From contig CAWFFH010000003.1 of assembly GCA_963815095.1 (NCBI GenBank), positions 960,001 to 1,024,000 on the forward strand: DNA of 64,000 bases, written 5' to 3'. The translations under genes and the position numbers were made by a program. Below the pieces are notes generated by a model. It ran no database searches and was not told the origin of the DNA. It was given only the letters and a program-made list of their open reading frames with translations. Origin of the DNA: Candidatus Bathyarchaeota archaeon. Its GTDB lineage: Archaea; Thermoproteota; Bathyarchaeia; Bathyarchaeales; Bathycorpusculaceae. Positions 1 to 7,957 of the stretch are shown in pieces; the stretch's first letter is position 1; each line of letters opens with the position of its first letter.

Positions 1-877
1 TGTCGACTGTACCGATTCGTGCCATGGTGAAGTGCATAAAATCGAAAGTCATCAAAAACGCCGCAGAGAACCCGCCTATCCAAGTGCCGAATAGTTTCTT
101 GCCTAAAAGGTACATTACTACTACTATTAGAGTGCCAAAGATGACTCCCATTATGCGCCAGGCAAACGGCGTCGCGCCAAGGACTGCAACTCCAACCGCC
201 TGGATTAGTTTTCCAAGGTCGGGATGGGTTCTCTCATCAGGTATTTGGTGATTAACAAATTCTACCGCTGATCTGGCAAAGTAAACTTCGTCGAAATACA
301 TCTTTGACATGTAATCTGGGGGGATCTGAAGCGAACTCTGCTCGTCAACCAGCTTGGGCAATGTTGCATCCGTGTTGTTTTCTCCTGTTACGCCCACTAT
401 TGGGATTTGCTGGTTGTTTGGGTTGGATAAGCCGATTTCGGAGATTAGAATGAGGGGTGAAGGTGTTTTGTCTGATGGATTGGGGACAGACCAGTAGAAG
501 TCTGGTCTTGAATCGTAGGTTTCGGCTGTAACTTTGAATTCTAGATATTGGCTGTTCACATTAACAGGCATGTCTACTTGAACCATATAGTCTGTAGCTC
601 TGCTCTGGAGACTTTGAGTACGCACGAAACTCCAGTTATCAGGTGAGCCGTAGGATACATCGACGGAGGCGTTGCCGCTTTGAACCCAGAAATAAACCGT
701 TTGAACCTGCTGAACTGAACCCAAATTAACGTAGAAACTCTGCTGTGTTGTGCTCTGCCAGTTTGTGAGCGGCGCCTTAACTTCACCCACGTTCCCAGTG
801 GCGATGCCAAAAAAGACTATTGCTAGCAGAATCATCGTTATGGTGTCTTTTTTGGTTATGGTTAATCCAAAGTTTAT
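1..877 (-). CDS. Dolichyl-phosphate-mannose:protein mannosyltransferase-like (GT39/PMT) protein, 5' part; runs off the window start
   Basis: Not in the ORF track; translated by hand. Open frame with YFDEVYFARSA, THPDLGKLIQA, PFAWRIMGVIFG and FDFMHFTMARIGTVD, which are PMT-family motifs. First ATG is at 835; an in-frame ATA at 877 overlaps the upstream stop. Confidence 0.85.
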   Translation of the reverse strand, partial: MNFGLTITKKDTITMILLAIVFFGIATGNVGEVKAPLTNWQSTTQQSFYVNLGSVQQVQTVYFWVQSGNASVDVSYGSPDNWSFVRTQSLQSRATDYMVQVDMPVNVNSQYLEFKVTAETYDSRPDFYWSVPNPSDKTPSPLILISEIGLSNPNNQQIPIVGVTGENNTDATLPKLVDEQSSLQIPPDYMSKMYFDEVYFARSAVEFVNHQIPDERTHPDLGKLIQAVGVAVLGATPFAWRIMGVIFGTLIVVVMYLLGKKLFGTWIGGFSAAFLMTFDFMHFTMARIGTVD

Positions 878-2112
878 TTGGGCTCACCAGCCTGTTGGGT
901 TGAGTTTAATGTTGCGGGTTCACTTTTTAGCCATGCTCGTCCTTTCAGCTCATACCACATAAGTATTGAAGCATAAGCGAGCATCAATAAATTAATAGCG
1001 CTTACAGCCAAAATTATTGGGTCAAAAGGAAAATCAGAAGGATACCCCGAATTAAGCCAATTGAGAACCACAGCTTCATTGAGAAAAAGAGTCACAGTTA
1101 ATGTGACGTAGATTAGACGCGTTTTTTTGAGCAGCGGAAACATCAAAGCTAACATGCTTATTGCCGGAAACATGTAGCGTTCATGAATCCTTGTGGGCAA
1201 CATAAAGAAACAGAATAGTAGCATAAATGCTGCGAAAATCGCTAAATAGTCGCCTGAAACACGAAAACGTTTGTGCAGAACATATAACGTGAAAGCTGCG
1301 AATGCTCCAAACAAGATCCAACCTACAATATAGAGGGCGCCATCATGCACCCATGATAAACCAAGCAATCCCCACAAATTAAAAGCGTTAACTGAACCAT
1401 AGTTATAGTAGCTGTAGCCAGAAGAATAAATATTCGTTAGAAAAGGAATGGATATGCCTTCAAAGGGCAAAACTACAATTAAAAACGATGCTGCAAATGC
1501 AAGCAAAGATGACATTAGACGCTTCAAATTATTCTTCTTGTAAATTAACAAGATGATTAGAGGAGCTAAGGCGATGCCTTGAGGCTTAGTTAAGATGCCC
1601 AACGCGAAAGAGATTGCTGAAAGTTCGGGTTTCCGTTTGAGGGCTAGCATTAGTGAGAGAACCAAAAAAAACGTGTATACAGCATCGTACTGACCCCAGA
1701 CTGCTGCGTTAAAGATTACTGCGGGATTGAAAGCATAAAGTGTTGTGGAGAGAAGTGCTATTTTGAAGCTTGCTTGTTTTCTCACAAAAAAATAAATCAG
1801 ACCTGCAGTGGCTAAATCGAAAATGTTTGGAACGACCTTAACCATCGTAGCCATACTCAGGTGTATTGCATTTGCCAGCGACCCGAACGCCCAAAAGATG
1901 TATACGTTAAAGGGTGGGTAATCAGCGAATCCTGCAACTGAATAAAATGGTCTTATGCCATGTTGGGCGGCTGTTGTAAACCAAGAGATAAAGTCTCCTG
2001 TATCAGTAGGAAACCCTTGCAGGGGAAAAAGAAGAACCCTAACTGCGAGAGCAACAGCAAGCACCAAGGCTAAAATTGCTGTCTCGCGTCTTGGAAACGA
2101 GAAGTTAACCAA
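874..2112 (-). CDS. GT-C fold polytopic membrane glycosyltransferase (mannosyltransferase-like)
   Basis: DYPP, VWGQYD, TKPQG and PTRIHERY motifs; many TM helices; TTG start at 2112 after a GAGGGG RBS (the track start at 2175 is probably over-extended). Confidence 0.8.
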   Translation of the reverse strand: MVNFSFPRRETAILALVLAVALAVRVLLFPLQGFPTDTGDFISWFTTAAQHGIRPFYSVAGFADYPPFNVYIFWAFGSLANAIHLSMATMVKVVPNIFDLATAGLIYFFVRKQASFKIALLSTTLYAFNPAVIFNAAVWGQYDAVYTFFLVLSLMLALKRKPELSAISFALGILTKPQGIALAPLIILLIYKKNNLKRLMSSLLAFAASFLIVVLPFEGISIPFLTNIYSSGYSYYNYGSVNAFNLWGLLGLSWVHDGALYIVGWILFGAFAAFTLYVLHKRFRVSGDYLAIFAAFMLLFCFFMLPTRIHERYMFPAISMLALMFPLLKKTRLIYVTLTVTLFLNEAVVLNWLNSGYPSDFPFDPIILAVSAINLLMLAYASILMWYELKGRAWLKSEPATLNSTQQAGEPK

Positions 2113-2297
2113 AGTTCCCCCTCTTGGAGAATACTTGTTGACAACGAATAAGAAGCTTTTTCCAAAATCATCCACTTCGGGTTTGGTAAAAGTTCAAAAA
2201 TCTATCTTTATAGCTGATTCAATAAAAACTTCTAGACTACACTAAAAGATGTGCATTCCCCATAATGAGACCCTGAGATTACGCGAAAGTAGAGATT

Positions 2298-3182
2298 CTA
2301 TTCATTTTGTGTTTCATGAGGTTCTATTCGCACTTTCATTTCTAGTACCTCGCCAAATTTCTTTTTTATTTGTTTCTCAATCTCTGAAGCTATTCTGCTA
2401 GCTTCTTTGACGGTCATGTTGCCATCAACTGCGACGCGCATATCGCCTATTAAGAAGGATCCCATCTTTCGCATGCGAATACTGTGGACTCGTTTAACAT
2501 GCTCAATGCTTCTTGCTATGCTCTCGATTTCATCTATTATTTCGGTACACTGGCACGCGTCCAATAGAGAAAGAGAGGCTTCTTTTATTACTGCATAGAC
2601 CATTGAGAAGACGAAAAGTGAAATTATGATTCCTGCTATGGCATCTGTATGGAGAATATTGAAGTACGCGCTCAATGCGATGCCAATAAAAGCTGTGACC
2701 GAGGTTAGCACGTCTCTAATTGAGTTGGAGGCATCTGTCTTGAGCGCCAGGGAGCCATATTTCTTGGCCGCCCGAGTTTTATAAACTAAAAGAACGGAAG
2801 ATACTATGGCTGCTCCAAATACCACTATCAAAGCTGTTCTAGGATCAGCAATTAATTTAGGTTTAAGTAATTCTGTATACGATTCAAAGAGAATTATGCC
2901 GCCTAATGTTGCCATGAAAAGTGCTGCAACTATACTGCTAAGAGTCTCAACTCGGTAGTAACCGAAATGGAATTTTCCATCTGGAGCTCGTCTGGATATG
3001 CGCAAACCTATCCAAACAATTAAAGAAACTCCAGCGTCCGCGAAAGATTGGGTTCCATCTGCGATAAGAGCAAGACTGAGGGTGAATGTGCCTGCAATAA
3101 CTTCTATTAAGCCCAAAATGAGTTGAACTATGAAAGATCTTTGTGCTACTTTTCCGCCTTGAACAGGTCCATCTGACTTCAA
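2298..3182 (-). CDS. Cation diffusion facilitator (FieF-like) transporter
   Basis: SLALIADG..S..D, FHFGYYRVE, DAIAGIII and a C-terminal dimerisation domain (IRMRKMG..IEPH). Confidence 0.88.
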   Translation of the reverse strand: MKSDGPVQGGKVAQRSFIVQLILGLIEVIAGTFTLSLALIADGTQSFADAGVSLIVWIGLRISRRAPDGKFHFGYYRVETLSSIVAALFMATLGGIILFESYTELLKPKLIADPRTALIVVFGAAIVSSVLLVYKTRAAKKYGSLALKTDASNSIRDVLTSVTAFIGIALSAYFNILHTDAIAGIIISLFVFSMVYAVIKEASLSLLDACQCTEIIDEIESIARSIEHVKRVHSIRMRKMGSFLIGDMRVAVDGNMTVKEASRIASEIEKQIKKKFGEVLEMKVRIEPHETQNE

Positions 3183-3354
3183 ATCTTGAATCCTGTCTCC
3201 ATGGTGTCATCAAAACTGTCGTGCGAAGCTAAAAACCTTGAGGTTTCTCACCTTCGAAAGACCTCCTGGCTTCAAAGTTTCATTGACATTCTAGTCGATT
3301 CAGATACGTTAACTATAGAGGCGCGGACGTCGCTTAAACGGTATTCATGTGAAT

Positions 3355-3390
3355 TTGGAGCCTTCGGAGATTTTGACCCCCAACCGTTAC
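3355..3390 (-). repeat. Degenerate copy of the tRNA-Thr 3' half (att-like scar)
   Basis: ttggagccttcgg--agattttgacccccaaccgttac aligns to 6423-6460 at 31 of 38 positions, with the first 13 nt identical. Confidence 0.75.
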
Positions 3391-3430
3391 ATAGCGAGTA
3401 AGCATTAACTAGGAGTCTGGAGAGTTTTTT

Positions 3431-3821
3431 TTACCAGTTGGCTAACTCTAATCCTTTTACGCATTTGAAGTGTTTGTCACGTGTCAAGAGGACTTCGTGG
3501 TTTGTTCTGGCGATTGCTGCGATAATTATGTCAAATTCGCCTATTAGGCTCCCGTCTTCTTTTAATTCGCGGTAAATCTTAGCTGCTTCTGCGCAAGCTT
3601 CAAGGGATAAATCTACTACAACCATGTTAGCTATCGCTTTTGTAATTTCCGAAAGATTTTCTTGGCGTCTTAATGAAAGTGAGGCACCTTTTAGCAGTTC
3701 ATAATAGGTAATGGTTGTAATTGAAACGTTTCCGATTTTTTGTTAATTCATCAATTTTGTCTACGGCGTCGGGTGATCCTTTCAGAAAGGCAACCATTAC
3801 TCTAGTGTCGATTATCGTCAA
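3431..3821 (-). pseudogene. vapC: VapC/PIN-domain toxin, frameshifted
   Basis: TTG-TIIDTRVMV N-terminus; frame change in the A6 run near 3736-3741; then SITTITYYELLKG, GEFDIIIAAIA and LLTRDKHF PIN motifs. Confidence 0.8.
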
Positions 3822-4042
3822 AATTGACCTCTCTTGATTTTGCATGCTCTCTATCCTTCAATACTATGGCGAAGACTTCATCAATGTCGGTCGCCTTTCC
3901 AGCATCCTGCAAATTCCATAAGTGACCTTTTTTTCTCTTTATCGGCAACTCGTAAAACGACGTCTGAGAAGGATTCGCCGGACTTCTTCATTCCTTTTAG
4001 CGTTTCATAAGCTTTTTCGGAGAGGGAAATAACTTTGGTCAT
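3802..4042 (-). pseudogene. vapB: VapB (DUF217/VapB3-type) antitoxin, apparently frameshifted near its C-terminus
   Basis: MTKVISLSEKAYETLKGMKKSGESFSDVVLR..LMEFAGCW stops at 3881; the adjacent frame continues DIDEVFAIVLKDREHAKSREVNF into the vapC start. Confidence 0.7.
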
Positions 4043-4055
4043 AGAAAATACTATG

Positions 4056-4076
4056 TGCATATGCATATATATGCAT
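4056..4076. promoter_or_regulatory. Palindromic operator of vapBC
   Basis: Perfect 16-bp palindrome ATGCATATATATGCAT (4061-4076) overlapping TGCATATGCA (4056-4065), 14-34 nt upstream of the vapB ATG. Confidence 0.6.
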
Positions 4077-4157
4077 TATTTTTCTTAATCGACAGGGGCA
4101 TAAAGAAATTAATAAAATGGCGTCTTAGTTAGAAAAAATAAAAAATAAAAAGGGATT

Positions 4158-4850
4158 TTATAAGGGCGGCAACTGTTTGCCACAATGGGGGCAGAAGGTT
4201 GCGTCTAGTGCTACAGGTGAACCGCAGTTGGGGCAGAATCTTGCTGCTTGAGTAGGAGCGGTTGTTGTCGGTGGAATATAGCTGTATGGTTGTGAAGCGT
4301 AGGGTTGCTGTTGTTGTGGGCCCTTCATAGTGAAGAAGCCAATTACTGCAAATATCCAGGCGATGAAGATCAGCAGGACGCCGATTCCAATTATCGTCAG
4401 TATTGCGCCTACCCAAAGCAATGTGCCTGCGGTTTCAAACGATTGTTCCCCCGTTTTCTGCGCGAGTGTGTTGAAAGTTTTTCTTAAGTGCGAAGCTGCA
4501 AGAACGTAGAATACGAAGGCAACGATGAGAAACGCGGCGCCGACTGCTATCCCAATTGCATTGCCAACTCCGAATGTTGTTGGAAAGCTATTGATTACGA
4601 AGCCAATGACGAATCCTGCGCCTGCAACTGCTAACGCGATTAAAGCAACTATATAGTATTTGACGCCTGTTAATGAGTTCTGGTAGATCTCATTGTCTTG
4701 GTAGTAGTTTGCAAATTCTTTCATGGCCCTGAGTAGTAGGATTACGCCTATAATGCCAAGTATCCACCCAACATATGGAACCGCGCCGAGTATTGTTAAT
4801 ATTGAGCCTTCCATGGCTAAAGTTTTACTATATTGAAAGTTTGTTCCCAT
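4158..4850 (-). CDS. DUF996-like membrane protein with C-terminal double zinc ribbon
   Basis: GWILGIIGVILLLRAMKEFANYY and LLIFIAWIFAVIGFF helices; CPNCG..FCPHCG. Confidence 0.8.
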   Translation of the reverse strand: MGTNFQYSKTLAMEGSILTILGAVPYVGWILGIIGVILLLRAMKEFANYYQDNEIYQNSLTGVKYYIVALIALAVAGAGFVIGFVINSFPTTFGVGNAIGIAVGAAFLIVAFVFYVLAASHLRKTFNTLAQKTGEQSFETAGTLLWVGAILTIIGIGVLLIFIAWIFAVIGFFTMKGPQQQQPYASQPYSYIPPTTTAPTQAARFCPNCGSPVALDATFCPHCGKQLPPL

Positions 4851-5048
4851 TTTCTTTTTTCCTCCGAATTTTGTTTTTCTGATAGCACTACAAGGCGTGT
4901 GCGCGATATAGCCCTAACATTTAGAGTTGTTCCTCTAAGGGTTAGAGTCATAAGCAAATCGACAAATAATACTGAAATATGGAAACAAAATTTAGCTGTA
5001 GAGCGCTGTTTATCTTTGCGGCTGTGGCTTAGAAGGAAGTGGATGTAA

Positions 5049-5525
5049 GTGGCAAAGTCACGTGGAATAAGTGCAGATATTCAGTCTCCCAGAACAAAAC
5101 TACTGTACTTTATTTATTCTGCCCCAAACAGTAGAATTAAGGCTGAGCCAGGCGTAAAATCAAATTTGTCCTCTGCTTTAGGCTACAAGTCAGACGGGCA
5201 TTTCCACTATGACTGGAACTACTTAACGAATGCCGGTATGATTGAGGAAAAACAGGGCTATTTTCGGGTAACTGAGGAAGGAAAGAAAGAGTTTAGTTTG
5301 CAGTCAGCCGCTTCAAGAAGTAACATGACTATGATTGGAATAGGTGTCGCTATGGTTTTTTTCACTTTGGCACTTGAACTTGGGATTCTGCCCCAAGAAA
5401 GCGTGTTGTTTTTTGGGGTTGCATTAATTTTGGTCGGTTCCTTGTTTTTGGTGATAAGCAAAAGAAGCAAACCAGCGCTACAGCTTGAGGCAAGGGTTTT
5501 GCTAAAAGAACTAAGTCGGCATTAG
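5049..5525 (+). CDS. Hypothetical protein: winged-helix-like N-domain plus two TM helices
   Basis: 158-aa ORF; LTNAGMIEE..YFRVTEEGK resembles a wHTH wing; two hydrophobic segments follow. Confidence 0.6.
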   Translation: MAKSRGISADIQSPRTKLLYFIYSAPNSRIKAEPGVKSNLSSALGYKSDGHFHYDWNYLTNAGMIEEKQGYFRVTEEGKKEFSLQSAASRSNMTMIGIGVAMVFFTLALELGILPQESVLFFGVALILVGSLFLVISKRSKPALQLEARVLLKELSRH

Positions 5526-5677
5526 ACTTTAAGTTGTAAGACACAGGGTAGTCTTCTAAATCGGAGATTAAGGAAGAAAAGTCTTTACAGTTTTACCTCG
5601 TCATCAGAACCTTTATCGATGGACCTTTCTCTGTTTTGTAAAAGCGTTTAATACCATCTAATCGAAAATAATTGTCT

Positions 5678-5863
5678 ATGTCGACTTCGAAAATTTGCCC
5701 TAAATGCAATGGTTCAATGAAAAAATCTAAAGATCTATCCGCTATAGTTACAGCTTCTAAAGGAATCAAGGGGTATAGTGTCAAAACGAATAGGTTCATT
5801 CCAGCTAGGACATACACGTGTCAAGAGTGCGGTTACATAGAATTGTACTATGATACCCTCTAA
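5678..5863 (+). CDS. Small zinc-ribbon protein
   Basis: CPKCNGSM...YTCQECGYIELY. Confidence 0.75.
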   Translation: MSTSKICPKCNGSMKKSKDLSAIVTASKGIKGYSVKTNRFIPARTYTCQECGYIELYYDTL

Positions 5864-5880
5864 CCCGTCCAATTTGTGAA

Positions 5881-5897
5881 AGCCTTCGGGTATTTGG
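5881..5897 (-). repeat. Possible second degenerate tRNA-Thr 3' fragment
   Basis: agccttcgg--gtatttgg versus tRNA agccttcggcgggatttgg; short, intergenic, same orientation as the tRNA. Confidence 0.35.
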
Positions 5898-6043
5898 GAA
5901 GTTTTTCAGTTAACTAAAGAGTTCTAATTTTCTGTTTGTTGTATCTGGCTATTGCCAGCATGTCTTTTTATTACTGCAACAATATGCATAGTTATTCAAC
6001 ACGAATTTTTTCGCCCGTGCTTTAGACAAAATGGAGAAAAACT

Positions 6044-6520
6044 ATGCAAACTCGCAAAGATAGAAATGACAAAGCTACTAAAGCAGACGTTTTGAAAACA
6101 GGCATTTCCAAAAATGCGGCTAAGTCAACAATCAAATGCGAGTGCGGTTGGGAAACATTGTTGGTCCCTGATTTGAAGGCTATGAGTAAAACTATAGAGG
6201 CACACGTTGATACGCATAGAAAAATGGAGAGGGATTGTTCGAAAACTGATGCTGAAAATGAAGGTGTGGCTGCACTTGAGGCTGAACGCATCGAGAACTA
6301 TTTAGTTGCCCAAGTCCTAAAAAAAGCAAGCACACAAGAGAAGTTAAGAATTGAATCCTTTCAAAATCTAGGGTTCTATGGTGCCAACAAAGCAAGCCTT
6401 TCAAATGAATCAGGCGCAGAAGTTGGAGCCTTCGGCGGGATTTGGACCCGCGACCATTACCTTACCAAGGTAACGCCCCACCGGGCTAGGCTACGAAGGC
6501 GTTTTTCTTTTTCTTCTTGA
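6044..6520 (+). CDS. Hypothetical small Cys/His protein; 3' end runs antisense through tRNA-Thr
   Basis: IKCECG..LLVPDLKAMSKTIEAHVDTH..EAERIENYLVAQVLKKA looks like a genuine CxC..HxxxH metal-binding protein; the last ~35 codons are tRNA antisense. Confidence 0.55.
   Translation: MQTRKDRNDKATKADVLKTGISKNAAKSTIKCECGWETLLVPDLKAMSKTIEAHVDTHRKMERDCSKTDAENEGVAALEAERIENYLVAQVLKKASTQEKLRIESFQNLGFYGANKASLSNESGAEVGAFGGIWTRDHYLTKVTPHRARLRRRFSFSS
6424..6500 (-). tRNA. tRNA-Thr(GGT), CCA encoded
   Basis: Acceptor GCCTTCG/CGAAGGC; anticodon arm TTACC-TTGGTAA-GGTAA; T arm GCGGG-TCCAAAT-CCCGC. Confidence 0.95.
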
Positions 6521-6645
6521 AAGTGATTGCGGTATGCAATAAAGAGCTTACGGTTATTGCGCTGCATCGCAACAAATGAATTCCGCGAATATGTTTTTTG
6601 TCGATTGTGTGTTTGCACAATTGCCAGGCTAACGATTCCATACAT

Positions 6646-7245
6646 AAACAACCCAACATACCCACACTGCACCCACAATCTCAACATACAATCTAACATT
6701 AGCTAGTGTGAATCAACCCAACCCTCAACCCGCAAACTACAACTCCAAAACCCTCAACCGCCTATCCCTTACACCTGGCCTGCTCCAAACTCTCAACACA
6801 CCTATCTACTCGCCAAACTCAGCCCAACGCTTAAAGCTACTATGCTATTTCAAGTCAAAAAACCTCCAAAACACGACAAAACACCTCCAAAACAGGGCAA
6901 AACAAGCCAAAAAACGACAAAATATGCAACCGAAAAAACCCCAAACAGCAACCGATTTACCAAAAACCGCCTCAAATCAGCCATATCCCCCACACCAAAA
7001 CCCCATCTGCAACGTGCATATTCATGTAAAATTGGAACATTCCGCCATTTTTCACCAAACAAAACATAAAAATTCACATATCAAAAATAACTTTTTGTCG
7101 CACACAAAAACCCAAAAACACACATTTACCCAACCAAACCCTCAAAATGGCAATCAAGCCCTCTGCTGCATCACAACAGGTAAACAAAACCAAACCCCAA
7201 AGTGCAATGTGCAATTCTAACCCGCCACACCCACACAAAACAAAA
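6646..7245. repeat. ~600-bp A/C-rich non-coding dispersed element, copy 1
   Basis: Collinear over its whole length with the reverse complement of 37723-38310; shared blocks include aacacacctatctactcgcc, accgatttaccaaaaaccgcc, ccctcaaaatggcaatca and gcatcacaacaggtaaa. Confidence 0.9.
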
Positions 7246-7303
7246 AGTCAATGGCAAATAAATATTAAAGCAACCTAGCCTATTTCACACTGCGTATCTT
7301 TGT

Positions 7304-7391
7304 GCAGGGGTCTCCAAGCCAGGTCAACGGAGTAGGGCTTAGGACCCTATCGCGTAGGCGTTCGTGGGTTCGAATCCCACCCCCTGCACCA
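7304..7391 (+). tRNA. tRNA-Leu(TAG), CCA encoded
   Basis: Acceptor GCAGGGG/CCCCTGC; anticodon arm TAGGG-CTTAGGA-CCCTA; long variable arm; T arm GTGGG-TTCGAAT-CCCAC. Confidence 0.97.
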
Positions 7392-7569
7392 ATCTAACTA
7401 AAAATTGCAAAGCCCATGGTTGGCGATGTTAGAAGGCTCTTTGTTTTTGCTTATCGTGTTAGATAACAATGGATAAAAAGAGAATTTGGAACCATGAAAT
7501 CATAACGGTAACAGAATCTTTGTGAGGTTCTGTTAAGTCTCTGTTATTTGAACAGAAACTTTGCCTAAA

Positions 7570-7791
7570 CTATACTTCGTTGTAGAGGTTGCAGCTTGGA
7601 CACTTTAAAACAACGTTCTTGAATTTTCCTTCAATGATGGTTTCGCCTAGTTTTGCGCCACAATTGCCACATAGATAGGTAGTATTACCGCCCTTGCTTT
7701 TTATTACTGGCAACGTTTTAGAGGCGTAAACGGTTTGGGTTCCCTTTTTGGGTTCGGGTATAGTTTTTAATTTTCTGTTCATTTTGTCCAC
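7570..7791 (-). CDS. Small zinc-finger protein
   Basis: YLCGNCG...LKCPSCNLYNEV. Confidence 0.7.
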   Translation of the reverse strand: MDKMNRKLKTIPEPKKGTQTVYASKTLPVIKSKGGNTTYLCGNCGAKLGETIIEGKFKNVVLKCPSCNLYNEV

Positions 7792-7957
7792 TTACTTCGG
7801 TTTTTATTGGTTTGCCTTGGATTAATAGTTTATTGCTGGCGATTTTTCGCTCATCCCAATTCCATAGCTAAATCATAATCTTTTGTGGAGATAATCAAGA
7901 GATTATTAGCACGTTCCAAGAAACCTCAATTCGAATTAGGTTGTCGAGCTTTCGCAG

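Noticed and set aside
6708-7220. ORFs 6708-7220, 6842-7069 and 6850-7077, and their counterparts at 37617-38460
   Set aside because: Products of the skewed repeat; frames are not conserved between the two copies and composition is low-complexity.
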